Below are positions 12,364 through 54,700 of a DNA stretch of 64,000 bases, piece by piece (the first letter of the stretch is position 1; each line of letters starts with the position of its first letter). The DNA is from Lama guanicoe (Eukaryota), in assembly GCA_013239625.1 (NCBI GenBank), contig MU054391.1, positions 5,477,824 to 5,541,823 on the forward strand. The letters are read 5' to 3'. The translations under genes and the position numbers were made by a program. The notes under the pieces were generated by a model. That model ran no database searches. It was given only the letters and a program-made list of their open reading frames with translations, and had not been told where the DNA came from.

Positions 12364-13009
12364 CTTCCACCATAGCTTGGTCCACAGGCGCTGCCCTGGA
12401 AACACAAATGTTGTTAGGTAGATTAAGAAAAGCAACTTTAAATAATTTTATGCATAATAGGAACAAAAATAAATAAAGCCCAGCAATTCCTTCCAGGTCC
12501 ACGGCATGTTCCTTTTACTTATAACATAAATATTTTCCGTTGACCACAAAATTTAGACACTGTTCTTTTTCATTCTTTTTCTCTTTCTGAATCACAAAAG
12601 TCTACCCCGATGAACCAAAAAGGCAGAAGCCTTCTTGTCATATAAGGAAGTGTGAAAAGCCCTGTTCAGAATTAACAGACATATGTGATCTAGTTCTCAA
12701 AATATTCAAGTGCCTTACTTCTCTTTAGTCAATTCAAGACATTAGTAAAATACGTGACATAATTAATTTACCAACCAAGATCCTGAGATTCGGTTACCGT
12801 CTCCAGCACACAGTCTGTAAACAGCCGGCTGAGAACAGAAGGAATCGGTACCTCTCGGAAATGGGCATTTTTTCTGAAGTCTCAAATTATCTTTAGGTAA
12901 AAGCTGACAGAAGAACATCGCCAGGTGCTGGCTCTCACCTCCTGGTTCCCGTAAGGCCAGGGCAGGAGGTGACCTTAAGTTGCCCAGAGTCTGTCTTATA
13001 TATATCTTT

Positions 13010-13127
13010 CTTTAATTTTTATTTTTTTTAATTGAAGTACCGTCAGTTATAACGTGTCGATTTCTGGTGTACAGCACAGTGTCCCAGTCATACATATACA
13101 TACATAAATTCGTTTTCATATTCTTTT
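13010..13127 (-). mobile_element. L1 3' tail fragment
   Basis: Poly-T then aattgaagtaccgtcagttataacgtgtcgatttctggtgtacagcac, same family as 9747-9989. Confidence 0.8.
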
Positions 13128-13814
13128 AAATGAATGAATTTATCCTGGCCCTTTTCATAGGGGCACATAGATCATACTCGGAAAATTGCCAACTAGCCAG
13201 CGTCATGTTTCCGAGTTCCAGTACTTTCAAGTACACTGTCTCACTTTATCCTCACAGCAACCTGGTGACACATTCATCTGTCCCAGGTGTTTCCCGAGGG
13301 TCGTCTGTGCCACACACCCTGCTGGGGCTCTGGGCCCCACCCTCAGGGGATGTACAGAAGGTAGCTTAGAACCTGCAGTTTATAGACGAGGGAACTGTTA
13401 CTCACCTTTCAGGAGGGTTTATGAGTAGATAACCTAATAGATGTTCACTAAAAATTGGATCCTACAGAGGGAATAAGGGAGCTTACTACAGAATCGAAGA
13501 TGATTTTATCGTCTTCGAAGGTTCCACAGATAGCGGTCTACACAGATAGCTTCCTTTCATTCTCACATGGTCAGTTCTTGTCAGAAAAACAATGTACCTG
13601 GTGAAGGAGAAAGAAGAAAGAATAAGTCACAGGGTGCTCAGTAACTGTCCAATGAAGCTTCTCCCACTGAATCTGGAGACCCTGCTCTTAAGTCCACTCG
13701 TCTGACTTTAGGCCACTTACCCAAGACTGACTCCTGGGCCCAAGCTTTTTAATCAGCCCCATTATCCAATTTATTTCTGTATTTTTGCTTAACTTATGGA
13801 GCAGCAAGAACATC

Positions 13815-14460
13815 TGAATGATTCATTCACTCCTGAGTTGCCGATGAGCATCCACCAGGTGCTGGGGATACATCAGCAAATAAGACAGATATCAGGGAGC
13901 TCATTTTTAGGGGGAATGGACAGACCAACAAGCAAACCAAATATAAAACCCATTATTAGGAAACAGTAATGTCTATGAGGGGAACTAAAGCAAGATAAGA
14001 TCGAGAGCAATTAAAGGAAGGGGTGACTATTTCAGATAGAAAAAGATGTTCTGATTAAAGGAAGGGGTGACTAGTTCAGATAGAAAAAGATGTTCTGAGG
14101 AAGTGAGAGTTGAGCCCTGAGGAACGTGGGAGCAGCCATGAACATGGAGGAGAAGCAGTATGAGTGGAGGGCAGAGCAAGTGCAAAGGTCCTGAGGAATC
14201 ACGTCTGACAGAGGGACTGGTGAGAGGCCAACTCAACTAAGAGCAGGAGGAGCAGGCAGGGTGACAGGTGAAAAAGATCACAGGGCTTGCAGGCCACGGC
14301 AAAAGTTGGAGTTTTACTTTGGGTTTCACAGGAAGACTCTAGAGGATTTTAAAAAGCAGTCAAATGATGTGATCAGATTTGTTTTAGAAAGATGACTGCC
14401 TGCTGGGTAGGGCATAGGACAAGAGGAGAAAGAGAGAGACTACTTGGAAGGCTACTGTGG
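13815..14460 (-). mobile_element. Ancient L2 LINE fragment
   Basis: attcattcact...ccaggtgctggggataca...aagacaga 3'-end motif and purine-rich L2-like body. Confidence 0.55.
14010..14098. repeat. 44-bp tandem duplication (1 mismatch)
   Basis: ATTAAAGGAAGGGGTGACTA(T/G)TTCAGATAGAAAAAGATGTTCTG twice. Confidence 0.9.
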
Positions 14461-14929
14461 ATAATTTGTTGCAAACGACGGCCTTGTCATCACAGGACAC
14501 TTCTCAGTTAGAAAGAAAAGGCAAGAGAGCCTTAATCCAAGGTCTGCACAAAACTGGGTTAACCTAGCATAATAAAGTACCATGTTAGTGGTCTCTGATG
14601 GGTTAAAATGTTGGTGTATAGTCTATATAAACACATTATATTTTAAGTATATATAAATGCTATTTATATAATTTGATACTATTGTTATGTAATCCTGAAG
14701 CATCTCTTCAAATCCCTAGAATACTAGAATGATTTGAAAATCACTATAGTATATTTTAAGGCCCTTTGCAACTCCTTAAGACTCCCTTTTCATCATCAAA
14801 CTAGGAGCTTAAGGGAAAAGCATTTATTAAAGCTTTGCTATCTGCTACTTTTTTGATGCATGTTCTTAATTAAGCAAATCATTCTTCTCTCTAAATTATT
14901 CTTACATAAAAATGAGGCCAAAGATACTG

Positions 14930-15900
14930 TCATTTGGATGTTCCACATACTCATCAAATGCAAAAATGTCTAAAGCAGAACCCATCATCTTCCCCTCCAT
15001 ACCTGCTTCTCCCGCTCCTCTCCCTTTCAGGAAATTACATTGTTTCTGGTAGAAACGGGGAAATCAGGGACTCCTCTCTGTCCTCCAGCCCCCACATCCA
15101 ATCAAACCCAAGATTCACTGAATACACCACCCGAAGTGACCCCTCATCATCACAGACTACTGCTACATATAAATACTTTCCCATTATCTGATGAAAGCAA
15201 CGGACCCTTATCCCATAAAAACGCAGTTTGGAATGCAAAATTTAAGGAAATTTACAAGCCCCCAGGAGATATTTCACAGATGTGAGACCTTGTCCAGCCA
15301 GACTCTGCCACTTCAAATCTATCACCAAGCTCTATCCAAAATGATTTCTTTAAAACTCAAGTCAGATGCCACTAACCTGCTTAAACTCTTTCGCTGGATC
15401 CCAAAGCTAGAGACTGAAGTCAAAGCTCTTTGCCGGGACATGCAAGGTCCTCCATAACCCGGCCCTATGTACTTCTCCAGTCTCATCTTCCAGTAGCAGC
15501 TTCACACTTAAAGCAAAACTGCTTGCGGTTGTCAGCGTGCATGGCGCTCCGCGTTTCCACGCTGTGCTCCTGCCAGTCCCGCTGCCTGGAATGCCCTTCC
15601 ACCCACTATTCACTCAGTCTAACGACAGCCTCCTTTCAAGACTCAGTTAAGGCTGCATCTTTTGGAAGCCTCTCTTGGATCTCCAGGCTGGGCTAAGGGA
15701 TGTCTTTCACAGCTTGAGTTTATACCCTCATCTTAGCATGAGTCTGCTACTGCCTGCTTTTAACTATCTCACTCTGAACCTGAACTCCTCACAGGCGGAG
15801 GCGGGGGGGGGGGAGGTGTAGGGGGGATGGCGGCTAGGTCACTTAGCTCTCTATACTCAACGCCTGCCACAGCCTGGCAGAGGACATGCTTAATGAACTG
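14930..15900 (+). mobile_element. Ancient L2 LINE fragments
   Basis: Pyrimidine-rich L2-like motifs (cccacatccaatca; gcctggaatgcccttcc; cacagcctggcagagga...taatgaa). Confidence 0.5.
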
Positions 15901-16696
15901 GAGAACCTTCTTGTGAGATAACACCCAGATGACAACTCCCACATAGTGAGAGCCTACCGTGTGCCGCCCAGTGCTAGGTGCCATATGTACCTCTGACCCT
16001 GTCTACTGACCAGCAAGGCTACAGTATTACAGCCCTTTCAAATGAAGCAGCCAAAGCTCAAAGTTTATTAAGCTGCTTGCGAAAGGTCGCCAGGCTAATA
16101 ATGGGTGGGGCAAAGTTTGGAACTTGATCGAGCTGGCTCCAAAACTCTCCCTACACCCCCGCGTGGTCCCCTGGTATTCTTCGCTGTTGCGGAACGCTCG
16201 CCACGTGCTAGTGCTCCTGATGACAGTAAACAAAACAGACACAACCCCGCCCGCCCCGTGCAGCGGGGGAAGAGGGTGAAGCCCCAAGGGATGGGGAAAC
16301 AACAGGAGCCCGCACAAAGAGTGGGCGCTCGTCACCGCTCCTCGAATCAGAGCCTGACACGGGGAGCAGCCCCGCGGATGCTCCCACTCCGTCACCCTTC
16401 CGACGGGACCCATCCACACACCGCATCGGTTCTCACCGGAGCTGCAGTCCCTCCCCAGACAGGGACTGGGCACTGGGGCACTGTCTCCTCCCGCAGGCCC
16501 AGGCCCGCTCCTTCGCTCCAGCTGCCCGCCCGCGCCGCCTCGGGGCCTGGGTCCCCCACCCAGGGAAGGCGGGTCCCGGAGGAGACTGAGCGGCCCCACC
16601 CATCCGCTCCTCCGCAGGGCTCCCCGCCGGCGCCGCCCTCGGGGTCCCGGTTCCCGGCCAGGTCCAGGCAGGGCGCGGCGAGGGCCGGGGTCTCAC

Positions 16697-16800
16697 CTCA
16701 CAGCCGCCTCGGGTCGAGGTCAGACACCCACCGCCCCGGCAGCCAGAGCCGCAACGGCCACTCCCGTTCTAATTCCAGCGCCAGCTTTTCCGGCCCCGTA
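16697..16800 (-). other. ITGB1BP1: Probable ITGB1BP1 non-coding exon 1 (TSS approximate)
   Basis: Minus-strand donor GAG|GTGAGA at 16697/16696 within the CpG island, just downstream of the promoter motifs. Confidence 0.6.
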
Positions 16801-17075
16801 ACCCAACCCTCCGGGCCCCGCCTCCGAAGCCTCGCGCAGGCGCAGTCCTGACCCCGCCCCAAGTTCCTGGACTCATAGTGGGGAGGAGCCTCGCGAGCCC
16901 AGTTCTCCGCCCGGAAGTCGGAGGGAGGAGCCTAGGGTCGCGGGCGCCGTGGTGCCGGAAGTTGTGCTCTCAGTGGTTGAGGTTCTTTCTTTGGTTTCCT
17001 GTGGCTGCTCTTTCAATTTAGAGACTCCGGCGACCTGTTTGTTCCTCATCCCTGCTTCGCCTTCAGACTTCTGAG

Positions 17076-48741
<31,666 letters not shown>

Positions 48742-48916
48742 TAACCTTGTGGCTCTGTAAATGGAGACGACTGCTTTGTAATGCTTGACTGCTTCTGTTA
48801 CTTAAAATGAAATACATTAATTTCTTTCGTGTAGCCAATTTACTTTTGACAGCAAATGGCCTTTATTCCAGCACCTGGAATTATCAAGTAATTTGTCCAT
48901 TATTCTAGAACTGCTG

Positions 48917-48922
48917 AATAAA
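48917..48922 (+). terminator. Candidate CPSF3 poly(A) signal AATAAA
   Basis: First canonical hexamer after the stop; weaker AATGAA/AATACA at 48806-48816. Confidence 0.55.
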
Positions 48923-50086
48923 CTGCTTGTTACTGACTCTGCTTCTAGGCAAGTATGCAGTTAAGATCTGCTCATAGCAGCTGAATCAGAATGTCTGATT
49001 GTCTTTTTTAAGGAAAGCCAAGTGCATGGTGGTTTGAATTTTCATATCCATATTCTGAATTTGCATTAACAATAGAAATTAGCACTTAAAGTTTTAAGCC
49101 CCTTTTCTGTTTCCTCCCTCCCAATTTCTTACCAAATTCCTTAATTCATCTTTGTGAAATTAGGCCTTTTGAGATTGAAGAATATTTCTTTGCATAATAA
49201 TCTATATTCAATTCAGAGATATTCAAAATATAATTTTTATGACAAGTTCAGGAGTATTCAGGTGTTAGTTATTGAATTGTTTTATGTGTAAGTTAATCAT
49301 TAGTTCAGTTTCCTCAAGGACGAGTAATTCAGACTTGCAAGTAACTGGACACTTGAGTGCTGTGTGCTGAGGGAGGGGTTGACAGCCCTGCAGCTCCTTT
49401 GGCCACTACTTCAAGAAAGGGTCTGATTGCTCCCTTGGCAGCAGAAACAGGGACGAGCTCGCGTGGAGGCCAGCTCCCCACTCCCCCCACCCGCCGCCTT
49501 CACGGCCCAGCTGAGGACCTGTTACAAGCACGGTCAGGCTAAAGCCGTCAGCCGTGCACAGTCACTAATGTCCACTGACACTATTAGTTGTTCCCTGTGC
49601 TTTTGTGACAAACTTCAGTGCCTGAATCTGAGTTTCTACTTGAAACTAAATACATTTATTTCTATAAGGTACCCTACTTTGTCTCTGGCCCAAAGCACAG
49701 GTCTGAGGTTCACCTTTTATGTGTCATATAAGACTTTGTTACGAGAGATTTTAAAACATTAAGGTAAAAAAAATACACACTTGTAATACCTTTACAGTGC
49801 AGGTTATATACAGCAAAAGGGAAGTCCTTCCTCCTAGTCCCTCTCCCTGAGGTAACTGATTTAAGGATTCTAAATTGCTCTTCAATCTGCCCCTGTCTTA
49901 TCTCTACCGTGGCTCTGAGTCCAAGTCATCTCTTCCCCTCTGGCTCCTACTGCCACAGCCTCATTTCTCCTCTCCCTATAGTTAATTCCTAAAATAACAT
50001 CTGCCTTCAAGCCTCCCCTCCTGGAAATCCTTTAAGGCTTCTTCACCATAATTAGGATGAAGTCCAAACAACTTAACTTGGCCTAA

Positions 50087-50205
50087 CAATGGTTCTCAAC
50101 CTTGGCTGCAAATCGGAATCACCTGGGGAGCATTAAAAATAAAGCGATGGTCCTTTATCAGCACATTCTTAAAGCCCCCAGGTTATTCTAGTTGAAGCCA
50201 GGGAC
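50087..50205. mobile_element. MER5A-like DNA transposon
   Basis: caatggttctcaaccttggctgcaaatcggaatcacctggggagc...ccccaggttattcta. Confidence 0.7.
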
Positions 50206-50399
50206 CTCCCAGCCTCAAGACGGGGTCACGCTCTGCATCACCCTATCTGCCTCTCCAGCTCCGGCCATTCTCCCCCCAACACTGCACATCCAAGCTGCAA
50301 AAAGGCATGTCAGCTTTTCTAATATGCACTGCTCCCCTTGCTCTGGTTTTCACCTTAAGCTTAGTCGTTTCAAGATGTTCTTCTGGCTCTTTTTCCCAC

Positions 50400-50655
50400 A
50401 CTCTTGATCTGATCACCCTGGTATCACCCTGGCCTGCCTTCAGCAAGAATCCTGTTAGGTCAGTTTAGCAAAGATTTATCCTACCTCTTGGCAGCTTTAC
50501 ATTCATCTGACTGACTCCTCACCCTGCTCCTTGGCTATAAACCCCCACTATTCTTTCTTGTTTTCAGAGTTCAGCCTAATTCTCCCCTACTACAAAACCC
50601 CATGTAGTCGCCCTCCCTGATTAGTCTGCCTTATCACTGTCTAGTAAATGTCATA
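50400..50655 (+). mobile_element. Old ERV1-class LTR 3' fragment (MER34/MER39-like)
   Basis: atcaccctggcctgccttcagcaagaatcctgttaggtcagtttagc...ccctgctccttggctataaa; family name from memory. Confidence 0.6.
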
Positions 50656-50799
50656 AGCTCTAAGTGAGGTCAAAATGTTGGCTAAATGGTTGAATAATTA
50701 TATTTAACAAGGGTTGGTTTTGTGATGAATGAATCCCTTGGAAGTACTTCCTACCGTTCGTTATTTACACTATTGCCATTTGCTTAAACATCTTCGAGC

Positions 50800-51760
50800 G
50801 GTGGATGTTGTTGGATCTGATAGCGGCGCCAGGTCGCTCTCCTTTCAGGGTTGGTTTCCACCGGGGGAACTGACAGACGACACTAGCCAGACGGCGAGTA
50901 GGTGCGGGCTCGCCTGCGTCTCCGACGGGTCGGTGAGCAACCCGAGGGCAGGGTCGCCACGGACACCCAGCACCTGAAGACTCAGATAAGGGAACCAACA
51001 AAAAGTGAATGAATGCCGGAGGCCGAGCTTTTGTAAACGGACAAAAATGAGCTTTACAAGAAGTAACAGCTATCGCATGTCTTAAAAATGACCAGTTGGT
51101 CGCCTAAGGACCGTAGATCATGGAGCTCCCGAGGGAAAACAAGAATGGTCACCGGGCGAAGACATACACGAAGGTGTTGGGCTGCGCAGGCGCCTCCCAT
51201 CTCTCTCCTGCCCCGCCTCCCGGCCGCTCGCCCCCTCCAGGATATCCGGCCTGGCCCCGCCTCTCGGCCGCCGGTACCATGGCGCTGTGTGAGGCGGTGT
51301 CTTGCGGGAGCTCGCTGCTCTGGCCTCGGGTGTTGCTCTTCGGAGACTCCATCACCCAGGTACCGCGGACCCCGGCTCGGCCCCAACGTGGCCGGGTCTC
51401 TTGAGCGTCTTCGCCGCGCCCTCTAGGCCTGTGGCCCCAGCGGAAAGCCGCGGGCCTGGCTCCCGTGAGTCCCGGCGCCTCTCCGCTCCGGGCCGCCTCT
51501 CCCCTGACTGTCACGAGGTTGTCGGGGCCTCCTCCCCGCGCCCCGCTTCCCCCAGCCGATGCTGCTCAAGGCTGAGCGCGCCGGAGGCCGGCAGCGACCT
51601 CACATGGGCGTCGCGTCCCGGCCGCCCTCGGCGCCCCTTCCTGGCAGTGGTTCATCTCTCGCTGTTGGTAGCTTCAGGGATAGGGACGTCCTGGGGAGGG
51701 CGCGCCGCCTCGCAGTACTGGGACACACGTTTCATTTGGAATTAGGTAGCCCTGTCTTAC
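50800..51760. promoter_or_regulatory. IAH1 CpG-island promoter
   Basis: CpG-dense; NRF1-like TGCGCAGGCGC at 51183-51193; GC boxes near 51211 and 51255. Confidence 0.85.
51279..51359 (+). CDS. IAH1: IAH1 exon 1
   Basis: ACCATGG Kozak; [27 protein letters not shown]. Confidence 0.95.
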
Positions 51761-54700
51761 ACACGAAGTGCGGGGAGGTTAAGTGACGAATCCAGGCCAG
51801 CCCTGGGAGTGACAAGGCCTGAGTTGGCTGCTCTTTCCTTTCTGTGTCGTTTTTCATAGGGATTTTAGGAAGACCTGGTACAAGCTGAGGCGCGTTGTTT
51901 TCATCTTAATGGCTTCTGGTCAGTGGCAGTTGTCCTTTCCCCACACATGCTTTAGTCACTTATAGCACGAGCAGTGCTTCGTATCCCACGCCGAGCTTCC
52001 CGAGAGGGTCACCTGCACGGACCACGGTGGCGACCCAGTCGCTTCCTGCAGTTTAGTACCTCCCTTCCCAGGCAGAAAACATTTGGAACCAGTTCACCTC
52101 TGTGCTTCCCTCTGGTAGAACAGGTTGATCTTAAAATGCCTCCAAGAATAAAGTGGAAAATTATCTTTTCACCCAAGATTATTTCAACTCATATTAAAGG
52201 AAAATAGATGTTCTTACTTAAGAAAGGGAGTACAATTTTAAATTACCCTCCCATGGTGTTTTTTGTTTTGTTTTTTCTTACGTCCAGACATGACTTCCTA
52301 AACCAGTTTTCTGTGTATATGCCAGTAACTGGTAACATTATTTTTAGGTATGTAGGGCAGTAAGGACTTTCCAAACTCATGGGAATGCATCTGAAAAAAA
52401 GTGCACCCTGAGTTCTGTAAAATTAATTACGTATTAATTCTTTCAACTATGAAAGGCAGTACAGTATGGATTTCATTTCCTAACTGAGCGTACAGGTGAT
52501 TGTCTCCTGTACCTAGGTTTAAGTAGCTTTTTTAGATAACAATGACTGTAATATAGGTCTCAATAAGATGCAGATGACTGACTCAAATCCAGTTGACAGG
52601 GAAGAAAACCCCTTTACGTCCACAGTGCTGCTGAGGGGTAGCTGTAGTAATCCCTAGAGTGAGCTCGGAGCAGAACAAGTGGGGATGCCAAGAAGTCAGG
52701 GAGTGCAAAGAGAAAACGAGGGGAGAGTTTGCTGACCAAAATATCCTAATTACACTGCTACGTAGTAATGGGCTTTTCTTTCTTCAGTTTTCTTTCCAGC
52801 AGGGTGGATGGGGAGCATCACTGGCTGACAAACTGGTCAGGTGAGGATAGTTTCTATACTGATACTTGAGTGTTTATTGATGGAGAAGACAGAGTGAATG
52901 ATACAGTTTCAAACAGTAAGTTCCTCCCTTGTGCATCCTTGCCAGCCTTTCCCGGTTAGGGTATATATGGGATTGGGGAAGAGAAGGGATGCTCTCAGGT
53001 TCAGTTAAAACTTTGCCACTGCATGAAACTAAGCCCTGATAAGGGGCTTTGATCGAAAAAATAATGGCTATTCACTAGCTAAACAAGGTGCATTCTTTTT
53101 CAGTTATGATACACATGATTTCAATAATTAGGAGTTCAATTGAAAGAACAAAATATATTCTAAAGCCAAAGTTGGATTCATTTTTGGATAGAGATTTTTT
53201 TTTCCTCAAAAAATTCTCTTTATGAAATATATCAGAAATAGTGATGATATTGATACTTCATTTGCCAAAATTAATTTAAGCATATGCCAAGGAAATCATT
53301 AAAAGGGAAGCAATGTCCCAGTTCAAGAGCTTAAAAAATAAAGATTTAGAAATCTTTTCCATATTAAAAACAGTAGACACAAGTATTTGTGTTTGGGGTG
53401 TCAGTAAATTGATCAGGAGGAGTTTTGTCTTCGTCCTTTGGAAGAAATAGTAAGGTAGTAGCGATAATTTTCTTCAGTATAATTAACATGCCAAGAAAAT
53501 ATATTTTAAGTTATTTCTAAATGTGAAATGTGTTTTAAAATGTCTTCACTTTGTCCTTCATTTTTATCCCCTAAGCTAGAGATGAAAAAAATGACCTTCC
53601 AGCTTTTTCTGTTCCTAAATGCTTTATTTAAGTTGACTTGATCTAAAACATGGAAGTATCATTTCATCCCTCAGTTTTCTCTTCTGTAAAATGGGATTAT
53701 AATAGCTAGCTTTCATTGAATACTTACCAGGTGCCAGAGCCTATTTAACATATTTTGTGTTTATCTCATTTAATCTTACAACTACCCTATAATAAAGTGG
53801 TTTATCATTCTCATATCCATTTTATAGCTGAGGAAAATAAGGTGGAGAGAGGTAAATAACAAGGTCATACAGAGCAGGGAAGGTATAGCTCAAGTGGTAA
53901 AGCACATGCTTAGCATGCATGAGGTCCTGGGTTCAATCCCCAGTGCCTCCTCTAAAAATAAGTAATAGACCTAATCACTTTCCCCTGCAAAAAAAAACAA
54001 GGTCACACAACTCACAAGTGTCAGGTGGCCTGGCCCCAGACCTACACTCCTTTGCGTCTGGGGATGACAAGGGCCCCTGCTCTGGTGATTGGAGGTGAAA
54101 AAGCTAATGTATGCTGACTGGTCAGGTGCCTGGCACTTAAGAAGTGCTCAGCAAATACTAGCTAGCTGCTGTTGTTAGTGATTCAGTAACCTTCATTAGT
54201 CTATTAACCTTTTCTGATCAAATAGAAAATATCGAAAAGCTAAATAATTATTCAAATGGCCTGAAAAACCCAGGCATTTCAAATGTTTCACCAGTACAGA
54301 AATAGTTAATAATTCCAGTACTAAAGATTTGTCAGGTGCAGGTGTGATTGCTAGAAGGCCATTTAATTAGAAACTAGTTATTTTTCAGAACTGAGAGTAA
54401 TTATAAGAAAAGAGGAAGTTACAGACAGTGTATGGTCTGGTATGCTTTATTTCTGTCACTGTTTAAAAGCATCTTGTGACAGACTGATGCACGACACCAA
54501 GTGGCTGCTGGCTGACCCACCAGGAGGCCTCCCCCAGGTGAATTCTCCCCACCTGGGCTCCACCCGCAAAGAACACCTCCCCTACCTGGGCACACTCACC
54601 TCACCCCTATTAGGAACCAAAAGTGCCACAGGCTTGAACCCAGGCAGAGCGGATGACTCACGTGGGCCCGCTGAGCCCACCTTCTTCCAACAGACAGACC

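Noticed and set aside
14010..14098. 44-bp tandem duplication as a functional element
   Set aside because: Lies in a decayed L2; ordinary slippage duplication
15795..15830. G-run tract (possible G-quadruplex)
   Set aside because: Low-complexity G homopolymer within an old L2 region; no functional evidence
16027..16851. 248-aa and 190-aa ORFs
   Set aside because: Pro/Arg/Gly-rich by-products of the CpG-island promoter
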